DNA from: Desulfobulbus propionicus DSM 2032
Lineage (GTDB): Bacteria; Desulfobacterota; Desulfobulbia; Desulfobulbales; Desulfobulbaceae
DNA length: 32,000 nucleotides
Assembly (NCBI RefSeq): GCF_000186885.1
Contig: NC_014972.1
Location: forward strand, 3,750,001 to 3,782,000
Direction of reading: 5' to 3'
Shown: piece by piece, positions 1 to 10,017 of the stretch
Numbering within the stretch: the stretch's first letter is position 1
Layout of the letters: each line of letters opens with the position of its first letter
Notes under the pieces: generated by a model
Seen by the model: the letters and a program-made list of their open reading frames with translations, nothing else
The model's database searches: none
What the model was told of the DNA's origin: nothing
Translations under genes and position numbers: made by a program

Positions 1-555
1 TTCCTGGGAATGGGGACGGTATTCCCCCGCGCCGAAATAGACCTCGCCGCCGGTGGTGAAGGCCCGGGCCGAAAGACCGGCCGCCAACCGCGCCGCCGCG
101 TCATCGGTATGGACGCGTACCCGGCTCAGGTCGGTACCGAGTCGAGGTTCGAAAAAGGCCCGTTCGCGGCCGGGCAGCGGATGACCGCCACCGCGACCAA
201 GCGCGAGGGGCTGGCCATCGGCAGAGGTGGCCGTTGTTCCCGGCACGGCCTTGCGGCGCACCTCTTCCTCCTGGTCGTTTTCCGCCCCGGGCCGCTGCCG
301 CTCTTCCTCGTCGATCGGCACCGTGTCCGCCGCCTTGCGTTGGATCGGTCCATCGTGCATGGCCAGCACCCGGTCGGCAACGCTATCGGCCTCGTGCTCC
401 AGGTGGTCATCGGTGGAACCGATGCGCAACTTGGTCTGCACCGGACTCTCGAGGGCCTCGCGCAGACTGGTGCGGTTGACCTCGATTCGGGTCGGCCGGA
501 TAACCGCCAGACGGCGGGCTCGGTGCTGCCTGCGGATATGCTGGAAGGATTTCAT
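1..555 (-). CDS. DUF4157 (eCIS-core) domain protein, N-terminal part; gene continues beyond left window edge
   Basis: Manual minus-strand translation from ATG at 555..553, open to position 1 (185 codons): MKSFQHIRRQHRARRLAVIRPTRIEVNRTSLREALES...QRKAADTVPIDEEE...HPLPGRERAFFEPRLGTDLSRVRVHTDDAAARLAAGLSARAFTTGGEVYFGAGEYRPHSQE. The FEPRLG-DLSRVRVHTD...ARAFT.G..V.FG.GEY.P string is the DUF4157 signature. AGGAGG Shine-Dalgarno just upstream. Missing from the ORF track because it has no stop in the window. Confidence 0.92.
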   Translation of the reverse strand, partial: MKSFQHIRRQHRARRLAVIRPTRIEVNRTSLREALESPVQTKLRIGSTDDHLEHEADSVADRVLAMHDGPIQRKAADTVPIDEEERQRPGAENDQEEEVRRKAVPGTTATSADGQPLALGRGGGHPLPGRERAFFEPRLGTDLSRVRVHTDDAAARLAAGLSARAFTTGGEVYFGAGEYRPHSQE

Positions 556-591
556 GGCGACCTCCTCTTTATCCTAATGAATCGTGCACGG

Positions 592-3500
592 TCAAAACGG
601 TAGCGGCACCAGCTCGATCAGCACGTTGCCGGTCGAGGCCAACCGATTATGTCTCACCGTGCTGGCAAGCACATCATTGCTGGTGTAATTCTCAAGCAGA
701 TTGCCCGTGAAGGTGGCCCGGTCGCCGATGACCGATCCCATCCAGTCGGCATCCAAGGCGGCGCGAAACCAGGTATTGCCCTGACCGATAAAGACGGCCG
801 CCACCACCGTGGTGCCATACCCGCTAAAGCTGTTGCCGGTCAGCATCAGCCGGGCGTAACCGTTCACCCGCTGGTTGAGCACCCGGTTGGTGCCCACCGA
901 GCCTGGCGGCAGATTGGCCTTGATCGCCGTGATCCGGTTGTGGTCGATGTGCAGGTCCTCGCCGCCGCTGAGGACCGCGTTGCCCTCCAGGGAGAAGTTG
1001 ACCACCCCCGCGTCGGGGTTGCGGTAGCCGGACACGCCGTTGGCGAGCAGCAGCCAGCCGTCGATCTCGCTCCCGGCCAGCACGCCGCCAACCTTGGCGC
1101 TTTCCAGGCGCAGGGCATAGTCGGGCTCGTAGCTGATCCAGTTGGCGACCAGATCCTCAATGGCCGCCACCGCCTCGTTGACGGTGATGCTATCGGCGGC
1201 CAGGACCTCGGACATGGTGGCGGTCGTCGGCTTGGGCGCCCGCATGGCTACCGCCTTGGGTGAGGCCACCTGCTCGAGCTTGGTCCGCCAGGTGGTGCGG
1301 ATATCCTTGGGCAGGACGATGATCTGCTTCGCTACCTTGACCAGGGCCTCGTCAAAGGCGACCTTGTTGTCCAGCAGTTCCTCCTTGCTCAGACCAAGCA
1401 GGGCCTCGCTGATGACGTTGTTGCCCACCACCTCGACCCCGACCCACTCATTCCCACTTGACGAGACAACCTTCCGCTGAGCATAGAGCTGATTATTTTG
1501 CCAATCGAGACGGCAGACCGTGTTGCCCCGACCGCCGAGACTGATCATCGCCGGGCCGTTCGCCGTGGTGCTGGTGCGGGCGATACGGCAACCGGTGGTG
1601 CGGGAGAGGGCGGCCCGGATCGCCAACTGCCCGGCACGTTTGGCGAAGTCGAGCGTCAGGTTCTCCAGGATCACCTCATCGGCCTCGATACGCCAGGTGT
1701 CGCCGCCAAACAGAATGGTCACCGATTCAGGTCCCTGACCGCTGATCCGCAGGCTGCGCTTATCGGTGATCGCCGGCAGATCGCCCAACGCGTAGACGCC
1801 GCCCCGAAGGCAGAGCCACAGATCACTGGCGGTGGATTGGGCAAATTCCTCCAGCAGCACCGCCAGATGACCGGGGGAGGTCACCATGACCGCGCAGCCG
1901 CCGGCCGCCTTGTCGCACAACACCTTGAGCGCATCCTGGACCGTGACCACCGATTCGGGCAGCAGATCGCTGCACAGGCCGATGTCGCCCTTGTCGAGCG
2001 GCAGATCGCTGGCTTTGAAGTCGCACAGCAGCCGATCGAGCACCGGGGCCACATTGGCTTCACCGGCGGTCAGACCGAGCAACTGGCGTACCGAGGGCGA
2101 GCTGGCGCAGGCCGGTATGGTATAGGGCAACGAGGCGGCGTTGAGCTGGCAGAGCAGCCCATCGAGCGCGGCCTTGACCGTGAGCACGCCGTTGCTGTCC
2201 GGATCGAGCACTGCGGCCAGGCGGTTCTTGATCGACCGGGCCTCGCTGGCGCCGCAGGCGGGCAGCAGGTAGGCAATATCCTCGGCGCCGATGGCGCAAA
2301 GGGTGTCCAGGGCCTGCTGCACGTTGTCCGCGGTGCCGAACAGGCCGGAGCAGGTGTTGGTCAGGCCGATGTCCGCGGCTCTCAGATCGGTGAGCGGCGG
2401 AAAGTGCATACGGCGATGGAAGGCGTCGTCCTGGGCCTCCAGCTTGCGATTGAGCTTGATCTCGCCGAGCAGCAGGTAGTGATGGCGCACCCCGCGCGGC
2501 GGCTCGCCCTGGCTGGGCACCGCCAGATCGTCCATGGCCGGCAGGACATACTGGCCGGAGACATGCACCGCCTCGCGCACCGGGGCCAGCCAGTAGTCAC
2601 CGGGCACGAACCGCTTGCCGGTGGTCTCCAGGCTCAGTTCCATCCGTTCCAGGTTGATCCGCACCAGGCCGGCGGTCAGGTTGACTCGCCCATGGCTGGT
2701 GCTGGCCACCGGACCCGCGGCCAGCGGCACGCCGCGATCCCGGCCCGCACCGAGGGCCTGGGTGGTGAGATTGATCCGCAGGTAGCCGTCCCACTGGCGC
2801 ACGTATTCCTTGGGTTCGTTGGCGCCCACCGGCGTGGTGCAGGTCTCCTTGATCAGGCCGCGCACCTTCTTGGCATTGGTGACAAAGTGGTTGCCGAGCA
2901 GCCGTTCGGTATCGCGGTCAAAAAACTCCCACACCCAGTCGCCCTGGCCAAATCCGGTCGGCATCTCGGTCGCGCGGCAGGCCTCGGCCCCGTTGTCGCG
3001 CGACCATTTGAGGGTCAGCCATCCGGTGGCCGGGTCAAAATCGTGCACCTCGACCCGGAAGAGGTAGTTGCCGATGCGCTCGTCGACCTTGACCTGCGCG
3101 GCACAGGGATCGCAGCTGTCGGCGCTGGAGGAGATCAGGGTCAGTTTCAGGGTCATCAGGCCGGTGCCCTGGGGCGGGTTGTCCTCCGGATCCAGGGGAT
3201 TGACCTCGTTTGCACCGCTGCTGGGACACCACTTGACCTGAAGCATGGTCTGGGTACGGGTGGCGGTATCGGCACCATGCAGGGCCGCATCCAACAGCGC
3301 GGGCTGCTCCAGCCCGGTGACCGTCCGCTCCCAGACATCGGCATAGAGGCGCAAACTCTGGCCGTTGTAATCGGCCTGGATCGGATAGTCCGGCTGCCCA
3401 TTGATCGGCAGGTTGGCCGGTCCATCAAGCCGCGCCGGCACACCCTCGACGTAGAGGGTGCCCGGCTGGATGAAGAGCTTGTCCGAATCCGCCGGATCGG

Positions 3501-3720
3501 CGATGATCCGCAGACCGCCAACGCGCGGCGCACCACCGGCAACGGTCCCGGTGGCGGTCGTCCCGGAAATGGCATCGCGTAGGGCCGCAACCACACGGGC
3601 CTTGTCGATATCGGTCAGGGCATTCCAGTCCGCATCGGTGATCATGCGGCCCTGCTGGAGATAGACGCCGGAATAACGCTGTTCAGGCTGGAATGCGTCG
3701 CGGGAAATCTGGGTCTTCAT
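592..3720 (-). CDS. DUF6519-like eCIS/phage-tail-associated protein with N-terminal RYSGVYLQQGRMITDADWN motif and a likely beta-helical middle region
   Basis: 1042-aa ORF; N-terminus MKTQISRDAFQPEQRYSGVYLQQGRMITDADWNALTD; middle region GGVYALGDLPAITDKRSLRISGQGPESVTILFGGDTWRIEADEVILENLTLDF resembles right-handed beta-helix rungs; in operon with baseplate genes. Confidence 0.75.
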   Translation of the reverse strand: MKTQISRDAFQPEQRYSGVYLQQGRMITDADWNALTDIDKARVVAALRDAISGTTATGTVAGGAPRVGGLRIIADPADSDKLFIQPGTLYVEGVPARLDGPANLPINGQPDYPIQADYNGQSLRLYADVWERTVTGLEQPALLDAALHGADTATRTQTMLQVKWCPSSGANEVNPLDPEDNPPQGTGLMTLKLTLISSSADSCDPCAAQVKVDERIGNYLFRVEVHDFDPATGWLTLKWSRDNGAEACRATEMPTGFGQGDWVWEFFDRDTERLLGNHFVTNAKKVRGLIKETCTTPVGANEPKEYVRQWDGYLRINLTTQALGAGRDRGVPLAAGPVASTSHGRVNLTAGLVRINLERMELSLETTGKRFVPGDYWLAPVREAVHVSGQYVLPAMDDLAVPSQGEPPRGVRHHYLLLGEIKLNRKLEAQDDAFHRRMHFPPLTDLRAADIGLTNTCSGLFGTADNVQQALDTLCAIGAEDIAYLLPACGASEARSIKNRLAAVLDPDSNGVLTVKAALDGLLCQLNAASLPYTIPACASSPSVRQLLGLTAGEANVAPVLDRLLCDFKASDLPLDKGDIGLCSDLLPESVVTVQDALKVLCDKAAGGCAVMVTSPGHLAVLLEEFAQSTASDLWLCLRGGVYALGDLPAITDKRSLRISGQGPESVTILFGGDTWRIEADEVILENLTLDFAKRAGQLAIRAALSRTTGCRIARTSTTANGPAMISLGGRGNTVCRLDWQNNQLYAQRKVVSSSGNEWVGVEVVGNNVISEALLGLSKEELLDNKVAFDEALVKVAKQIIVLPKDIRTTWRTKLEQVASPKAVAMRAPKPTTATMSEVLAADSITVNEAVAAIEDLVANWISYEPDYALRLESAKVGGVLAGSEIDGWLLLANGVSGYRNPDAGVVNFSLEGNAVLSGGEDLHIDHNRITAIKANLPPGSVGTNRVLNQRVNGYARLMLTGNSFSGYGTTVVAAVFIGQGNTWFRAALDADWMGSVIGDRATFTGNLLENYTSNDVLASTVRHNRLASTGNVLIELVPLPF

Positions 3721-3732
3721 AAGGCTCCCCTT

Positions 3733-5448
3733 TCAGGTGGTGGTGGCTTTGGGTGGCGCGCAGGCCAGGCTGGGGTCGGTGATCAGCACCGCCTCCATGC
3801 CCACAGGCAGAAATTCGTGCAGTTTCTCCAGCACCGCCTGGCGGCGGAGCACATAGCGGAGTTCGTGGTAGGCGCCCATCTCGCCGCCATCCTCGGCGCC
3901 GGTCTGGATGGCCGGGCTGCAGTCCGGATGGAGCACGCCGCAACCCGGCGCGCCAAAGGTCGCCTCCCAGAACAAGGGCGCGTCAGCGGTGCAGGTGTCG
4001 TTGAAACAGCGCAGCAACGAGCGCTTGTGTTGCGCCCGCCACAGCGGATCGTTGTCGATCAGCGGCTCAAGGGGATCGAACGGGTCGCTGGGTATCGGTT
4101 TTTCCGGGAGATGGAACAGGCGGCTGAAGCGGATGCAGCCAGCCGCGGGCACGTCGGTATCGATCCGATCCTTGCGCAACTCCGGCACCAGGATGGAGTC
4201 GCTGGCCTGGAGACACTCGGCCAGCAGGGTGTCAAGCACGGTGACATACTCCAGCCGCACCAGTCCCCGGGCAGCCTCGATCTTCTTGAACAGACAGCTG
4301 TACGCATCGACCACCGGCACCTCGCGCTCGGCGGTGGACACCCGCAGTTGACGAACCGCGCAGCCCCGAAGCTGGACCGCTCCATGATTGATCTCCACCC
4401 GGTTGTCCAGCCACAGATTGTCGAACCGGTAGAGGGCCGGGGTGTCCAGGGTGGCCACGCCGCGCACCCGGAGGGGGCCGTCGGTCAGACCGCGCAGCCC
4501 GATCAGCGGCCAAGGGGTGCCGTTCCATTCGGTCTGGCCGATGGTGAAGGCGATGTTGAGTTCCGGATGGACGCACTCGATGGTCTCGCCCGTCCTCCAC
4601 GCAGTGGTGGCCGCGGTGTCCAGGGCCTCGGTGACCAACGGTTCGAGGGCGGTCCACTGCACCGTCTGGTGGAGGCGGCGGAAAAAGCCCTCGGGCGGCG
4701 GCACATGGAGCAGCATCCGCCGGGGATGGTGCAGGCCGCGCCGACTGGTGGGGGTGCGCATGTCCACGGTGCGGCGGGACACATCCTGGTAGCTGTCCGG
4801 GGCGCAGGGAAGGCCGTGACGGTGGAGCTGCCGCCAGGCGATCGGCGCTGTTTCGCCGGGAAAGGAGGTCTCGCTGGCTGCCGGGTTGTTGGCCGCGCAT
4901 TGGACGGCCCGCGAGCAGAAGCGCATATCGGGCGTGACCGCCGGCAGACCCGGGTGGCGGGCACGCAGGCCCGGCGTGGCCGCGCCGGCGAGCGGTTCCT
5001 CGCCATAGGCCGTGGCTGGCAACAGGCTGCGGTCGATGCGCGGGGTCATGGCCAGCCGTTTCCACCCCTCCTGGATCTCGACCTCGAACTGGCCGACCTC
5101 CTCGGCAATCTGTTCGATGCTCACCCGGGTCCCCTTGCGCTGCCGCCAAGCCACCGCCTGGCCTACCTCGGCACGGCGGCCCTCGGCATCGGGCGACACC
5201 AGTTGCACGTCAAGCAACTGGGCAAAGTAGGGCACCAGCCAATCCTGACAGCGGCGGCCGTGGTCCGCGTCGGGAAAGCTGTCGTCCATCCGCTGGACCA
5301 CGGTGGCATGGAGGGCGTCGAGCAGTTCGCCATAGACCGACAGCAGGGCGTCGAGATCGCCGCTGGTATCGCGGACCCGCCAATGGGTCGGCAGCCAGTG
5401 CTGGAGCCGGGTGCCGTAGTGAGGCGTCGTTTCCGTCGAATCGCTCAT
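3733..5448 (-). CDS. phage tail protein I (gpI)-like baseplate protein
   Basis: 571-aa ORF; N-terminus HYGTRLQHWLPTHWRVRDTSGDLDALLSVYGELLDALHATVVQRMDDSFPDADHGRRCQDWLVPYFAQLLDV is typical of tail protein I; 4-nt overlap with the upstream gene. Confidence 0.7.
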   Translation of the reverse strand: MSDSTETTPHYGTRLQHWLPTHWRVRDTSGDLDALLSVYGELLDALHATVVQRMDDSFPDADHGRRCQDWLVPYFAQLLDVQLVSPDAEGRRAEVGQAVAWRQRKGTRVSIEQIAEEVGQFEVEIQEGWKRLAMTPRIDRSLLPATAYGEEPLAGAATPGLRARHPGLPAVTPDMRFCSRAVQCAANNPAASETSFPGETAPIAWRQLHRHGLPCAPDSYQDVSRRTVDMRTPTSRRGLHHPRRMLLHVPPPEGFFRRLHQTVQWTALEPLVTEALDTAATTAWRTGETIECVHPELNIAFTIGQTEWNGTPWPLIGLRGLTDGPLRVRGVATLDTPALYRFDNLWLDNRVEINHGAVQLRGCAVRQLRVSTAEREVPVVDAYSCLFKKIEAARGLVRLEYVTVLDTLLAECLQASDSILVPELRKDRIDTDVPAAGCIRFSRLFHLPEKPIPSDPFDPLEPLIDNDPLWRAQHKRSLLRCFNDTCTADAPLFWEATFGAPGCGVLHPDCSPAIQTGAEDGGEMGAYHELRYVLRRQAVLEKLHEFLPVGMEAVLITDPSLACAPPKATTT

Positions 5449-8414
5449 GCCAGGCTCTCCTCATAGTTTTCGATCATGACTGTGAAGGCGGTGGCATCAA
5501 ACACCAGGCATTGACGGGGACTGGGCCGCAAAGCGATCACCGCCGCACCGATCAGGGCTGCCTGGGGACGATCCGCCGGTGCCACGCCGCTTTGCGGCCA
5601 GGGCAAGCTGATGGCGCAGGAGCTGTTTTCCACCCCGGCCACCCCATCGACCACCTTATAGATCTCGCCACGGTAGAGCGGCTGACCGAGTCCCCGATGC
5701 TGTTCGTCAAAGGTTGTGGTCAGCGCGGCCGTGACCGCTTCCTTGACCGTCTGGCTGTCCACCGTGCTCCGCACCCGCACGGTGACGGTCAGGCGGAAGC
5801 GGACCCGCACATAGTCCTGGACCGTGACCATCACCCCCGGCTGGGTGCGCGCCGCCAGCCAGGCCTGCAGGGTGGTTTTGAGCGGAGCGGCCAGTGTGCC
5901 GCCGCCCGCCGCCATTACCACCACCTCCAACCGCTCCCGCCGTCCCAAGCCGGGGGCAAGGCGAAAGGCCTGGGCCTGCCACACGCTGGGGTGGCTGCGC
6001 GCCAGCTGGGCGCAATCCTCGAGGGAGACGGCCCGATCCAGGGCCAGCAGGCTGGCCGGGGCATTCTTGCGCAGGTCGGCCCGGCTCTCGCGATCATTGC
6101 CACCACCGCTGGCGAGGGGTTGGAGCACCGTTTCCAGCAGGGGATGGGGCTTGACCGGCTTGACCAGGCTGCCGGGATCGAGGTTGCCGGCCGCACCCAC
6201 GCCCTGGCGGAAGCGGACCCGGATGTTGTTGCCGCCGGAGGGCAGCCGCCGGCCATGACGGCCATCGCCAAAAACAATGACCGCATGGTTGTCCTCGTCG
6301 ATGCGCACCTGGTAGTGGGCATCGCTGGGTCCGGAATCCTTGAGGCTGCTCACCTGGGTCCAGGTCTCCCCAGCCACGGCGAGCTCCAGCGCGGCGCGCA
6401 CGCCGCTGCTCATGGTCACGTCGGCGACAAAGGCGAGATCCTCCACCTCCAGGGTGAAGCTCTGATGGCTGCGGGTGCCATCGCCACTGCCGAGCACACG
6501 CCACGGCCGCGCCTCACCGTGGCCGGAGGCGACCACATTGCCGAGGATTTCCAGGTTGCCGGCCGTGGTGCCCGTCGGCAGATCGTCAGCCAGATGCAGC
6601 CACGTCCCCTGGCTGTCGAGGTCGGCCAAGGTGGTCTCCATGGCCATCGTGCCGTTGGTGACGATCAGGGGGCGTCCGATCTTCATGCCGAACAGCGGGC
6701 TGTCGAGCGCGATGCGCCGGCCGCTCAGGGGAGTGCGGTTGTCGGTCCAGCCGAGCACGCGCGCCTGGGCAACGAAATGGCTGTGCACCCGGGTGCGGCC
6801 GAGGAAAAAGGGGCCGCCGCCGCGATCCTGCCAGGGGGGAGCGGCCACCAGGGTGGTTTCCTCGTGCTCCTCGTCCTGGGTGACCGCGCCCAGCCGCGCC
6901 CAGGCCATCTGCCCGGCCCTGACCACCACCGCCAGATCGCCGGCCGTGGTCTTGGTGCTCGCCTCGGTGACCAGGGAGGCGATCAGCCGCCCCTCCTCGC
7001 TCTTGTTGAGGAAGGTGTCCACCAGCCAGGGACCGGGGGCGATCGGCGGGGCCAGCAGGGTCTGGGGATTGTTGAGGCGGAGGTCGGTGTTGCCTGGCAC
7101 GCCGTCGGTGTCCGCATGCCAGGTCAGGCTGAGACAGGTGTAGCCGGGCCGGTCGTCCGCCTCGAGCGTGTCCGGATCGGTGCCGACCGGCACGTACTTG
7201 GCATGGAGGCAGTGGTAGCAGGGCAGATACTCGCGCTTGGCCCCCTCTTTGCCGATCACCCGGATGTCGGCCAGCCACTGGCCGGCCAGCCGCGACCAGT
7301 CGCCGGCGGCAAAGACCATGTCGATCACCGTGTCCTCGGCCAGGCCGTCCGGGTTGTCCGGGCCGACAATGACCCGCCGCCGGGGCGGCTTGGCCAGTTC
7401 GGTCAGGGCTAGGGTGACCGGGCGGGCCACGGTGGCCCCCACCAGGGTCAGCTGGTCGATCGGCCGGTAGAAGACCAGCCGATCGTCATGGACCCGCTTG
7501 ATCCTGCGGTAGAAGGGTTTGTCGTCCCCGGAGCGGATGAGGACGATGTCGCCGGCGGCAAGCCCGCTGGCCGGCACCGCCAGTTGCAGGCTGTGGCCGA
7601 CCGGCTCCGCGCCTTTGGTGGCCGGACCCAGCGGCTTGAGCCGCTCCTTGGGACAGCAGTGGACCAGGGTGGTGCCCTTGGTGAATCCGACAGGGATGGC
7701 CGGGGTCAGGGTCAGGGTGGTGCGGTCCTCACCGAGGACGATGCCGTGCACCAGATGGGCCGAGAGAGAACCACCGCCCTCCCGCTCGAGCACCAGCGGC
7801 TCGCCGATCTTGATCTTGTCCCATTTGTTTTCGAGTACCAGGGTGGTGCCGGAGATCGCTTCCGGACTCCGGCGATAATCCTTGGCATGGAGGCTGTTGA
7901 AGGCCGCATCGACCTCGATCTCGGTCAGGGTCTCGAAGATCACCGGCTTGCCCGCGGCCGGGCTGTGCTTGACCTGGAAGCCGGCGGCCACCACCCCGCG
8001 CTGCGCCTGCTTGACCAGGAGCGCCAGGGGTGTCTGGGCCGAGGCCGGCGGCAGGGGGGCGTAATCCAAGAGTGCCACCAGCCGCCGCAGGTTTTCCCAC
8101 TGGCTGGCCGTGCCCAGGTAGGATTCGTTGGCATAGGCGTCGATGTGCGCTGCCAGCACATGGCAGGAGCGGGCGAACTGACGGGTCAGCTGCCAGAGCA
8201 TGTCATGGGGATCGGCGTTGTAGAGGGTTTCCAGGCGGGCCTTGCGCGCCTCTTCGCTCTCCGCCTCCGGCGGATTGACGCCCGCCACCGGCTGCCACTG
8301 GGGAAACTTCTGCGCCAGGCCGGCGCGCAGCCGTTCCAGAAAGACGGCCGCATTGCCATCGATGTAGTCAAAGCGCGACAGGCCGGCGCGATTCCAACGG
8401 GTGAGGTCGCTCAT
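5445..8414 (-). CDS. putative baseplate assembly protein, large gpJ/Afp12-like
   Basis: 989-aa ORF; C-terminal LEDCAQLARSHPSVWQAQAFRL...TLQAWLAARTQPGVMVTVQDYVRVRFRLTVTVRVRSTVDSQTVKEAVTAALTTTFDEQHRGLGQPLYRGEIYKVVDGVAGVEN matches the baseplate J layout; overlapping start/stop with neighbours. Confidence 0.8.
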   Translation of the reverse strand: MSDLTRWNRAGLSRFDYIDGNAAVFLERLRAGLAQKFPQWQPVAGVNPPEAESEEARKARLETLYNADPHDMLWQLTRQFARSCHVLAAHIDAYANESYLGTASQWENLRRLVALLDYAPLPPASAQTPLALLVKQAQRGVVAAGFQVKHSPAAGKPVIFETLTEIEVDAAFNSLHAKDYRRSPEAISGTTLVLENKWDKIKIGEPLVLEREGGGSLSAHLVHGIVLGEDRTTLTLTPAIPVGFTKGTTLVHCCPKERLKPLGPATKGAEPVGHSLQLAVPASGLAAGDIVLIRSGDDKPFYRRIKRVHDDRLVFYRPIDQLTLVGATVARPVTLALTELAKPPRRRVIVGPDNPDGLAEDTVIDMVFAAGDWSRLAGQWLADIRVIGKEGAKREYLPCYHCLHAKYVPVGTDPDTLEADDRPGYTCLSLTWHADTDGVPGNTDLRLNNPQTLLAPPIAPGPWLVDTFLNKSEEGRLIASLVTEASTKTTAGDLAVVVRAGQMAWARLGAVTQDEEHEETTLVAAPPWQDRGGGPFFLGRTRVHSHFVAQARVLGWTDNRTPLSGRRIALDSPLFGMKIGRPLIVTNGTMAMETTLADLDSQGTWLHLADDLPTGTTAGNLEILGNVVASGHGEARPWRVLGSGDGTRSHQSFTLEVEDLAFVADVTMSSGVRAALELAVAGETWTQVSSLKDSGPSDAHYQVRIDEDNHAVIVFGDGRHGRRLPSGGNNIRVRFRQGVGAAGNLDPGSLVKPVKPHPLLETVLQPLASGGGNDRESRADLRKNAPASLLALDRAVSLEDCAQLARSHPSVWQAQAFRLAPGLGRRERLEVVVMAAGGGTLAAPLKTTLQAWLAARTQPGVMVTVQDYVRVRFRLTVTVRVRSTVDSQTVKEAVTAALTTTFDEQHRGLGQPLYRGEIYKVVDGVAGVENSSCAISLPWPQSGVAPADRPQAALIGAAVIALRPSPRQCLVFDATAFTVMIENYEESLA

Positions 8415-9610
8415 CCTTTTCGCCCTCCGTGCAGCATCAGCCGATAGTAGCCCCGTTCGGGCCGGGCCGGATCGTTATCGCAGATCGCCACTTCCAGTCC
8501 CTCCAGGACGATGCGGCCGCTGGCGGTCTCGTCCTGAAAGCGGTCACCCAGCCGCTTGAAGCGGTTGAGGCAGATGTTGTCGATGCCGCTCAACCCCATC
8601 AACAGTTGATAGAGGTCGCTGGCCCACAGGTCCTCGCCAAAGCGGAGCCGGCCCGGCGCGAAAAAGCCGCCCGGCCCGGTACCCAGAGCCCTGTCCACCG
8701 CATGGCGGACCTCGGACTGGAAATACTGGTCATTGACCTGGATCGACAGGGTCAGGGTGATGCCGACCTCCACCGCCTCCTCCAGCACCACCTCCTGGCC
8801 CACCATGCGGTAGGTCTCGATATAGGGGTAGAGCACGGAGCGGACATTGGGGTGGTCGCTGCGCGCCGGCAGGGCCAGGTCGCGCTCGGCGTGGAAGGCC
8901 TGGGTCTGGGCCCAGACCTCGTCGCTGTAGACAGTGTGGTCAACATCGAGGCCAAGGCGCTGCCAGGCGATCACCGCCACATGGACCGTGGTCCAGGACC
9001 CGTCCCAGCGCTCCCAGGCATGGGCGCGCAGTACCAGGGGATGCAGTTCCAGCTGGCGCTCGAAATCCTCCAGGGTGACCATGCGGTGCTGATCGTGGAT
9101 GGCGCGCGGCCCATCGAGCCGGGCCTGCTCCATCTGCTCGGGATGATCGAGCCACCAGCGGTCAAACCGCTCCGTCTCGGTGGCGCTCAGCGGCGCCAGG
9201 GCCTCCAGTTCGCTCAAGTCGGCAAAGGGCGGGGTGCGCAGCCGCTTGGCCATCCCGGCCACGTCGTAGCCGATCAGCAGCAGCAGGCGGCGCAGCGATT
9301 CCGGCCGGCGGGCGGTTTCAAGAAAACTCTCGGACGCGGCCCGGTCAAGGGCATCGGACAACTGGTCGAGCCCGTAGGCCAGCACCTCGATCAGGGCCAC
9401 CTCGACATCGGCCGGGGTCCAACGCCTACGTTCCGGGAAACGGGCGGCCAGTTCCTGGAGCATGAACAGGCGGAAACCGTCGTAGTCGCGCTGATCCCAG
9501 TCGAAGTCGTCGCCCACCGTGGGCAGGATGTCCGGCAGATCGATCAGACGGCGGCCGCAGTCCGGGCAGGCCCCGTCAAACAACAGCTCGGCAACAGGAT
9601 CAACGGCCAT
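8411..9610 (-). CDS. baseplate J-like protein (Afp11-like)
   Basis: 399-aa ORF; WTPADVEVALIEVLAYGLDQLSDALDRAASESFLETARRPESLRRLLLLIGYD and HRMVTLEDFERQLELHPLVLRAHAWERWDG are baseplate J-like motifs; N-terminal CPDC pair. Confidence 0.75.
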   Translation of the reverse strand: MAVDPVAELLFDGACPDCGRRLIDLPDILPTVGDDFDWDQRDYDGFRLFMLQELAARFPERRRWTPADVEVALIEVLAYGLDQLSDALDRAASESFLETARRPESLRRLLLLIGYDVAGMAKRLRTPPFADLSELEALAPLSATETERFDRWWLDHPEQMEQARLDGPRAIHDQHRMVTLEDFERQLELHPLVLRAHAWERWDGSWTTVHVAVIAWQRLGLDVDHTVYSDEVWAQTQAFHAERDLALPARSDHPNVRSVLYPYIETYRMVGQEVVLEEAVEVGITLTLSIQVNDQYFQSEVRHAVDRALGTGPGGFFAPGRLRFGEDLWASDLYQLLMGLSGIDNICLNRFKRLGDRFQDETASGRIVLEGLEVAICDNDPARPERGYYRLMLHGGRKG

Positions 9611-9996
9611 CAGGGTGCTCCCACGGTAAAGACTTGGCTGTCACGATGGCCGATGGCGGCCAGGGTGTAGCTGATGGTGATGGTCAGTTTGTCCTCGTCG
9701 CCGCTGACACTGACCTCGATGCTCTTGGGATCGACCTCGCCCTGAAGGGCTTCGGCGAGGGAGGCCAGCAACCGGCGTTTGGTGATCTGCCACAGCGGCG
9801 TGGCATTGGGTTCGAACACCAGGGCCTTGACCCCTGCACCGAACTCGGGGCGGAAGACCCGCTCGCCGGGCAGGGTGAACAGCACCTGCTCGATCTGACC
9901 GCGGATGTGCTCGGCCCGGCCGGCCAGGCGCGGTCCGGTTGGGTCCATGGTGAAGGGAAAGGCCAGGTAGGGCGGATCAATCAGTCGGCGTGCCAT
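9610..9996 (-). CDS. GPW/gp25-family baseplate wedge protein
   Basis: 128 aa; IRGQIEQVLFTLPGERVFRPEFGAGVKALVFEPNATPLWQITKRRLLASLAE is the gp25-like signature. Confidence 0.9.
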   Translation of the reverse strand: MARRLIDPPYLAFPFTMDPTGPRLAGRAEHIRGQIEQVLFTLPGERVFRPEFGAGVKALVFEPNATPLWQITKRRLLASLAEALQGEVDPKSIEVSVSGDEDKLTITISYTLAAIGHRDSQVFTVGAP

Positions 9997-10017
9997 GACA
10001 TGCTCCTTTCGTGTTCC

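Noticed and set aside
10-603. Plus-strand 197-aa ORF at the left edge
   Set aside because: Opposite to the DUF4157 reading frame, which has a diagnostic domain and SD; the plus ORF has neither.
1498-3582. Plus-strand 694-aa ORF opposite the DUF6519-like gene
   Set aside because: Antisense spurious ORF; no recognisable motif.
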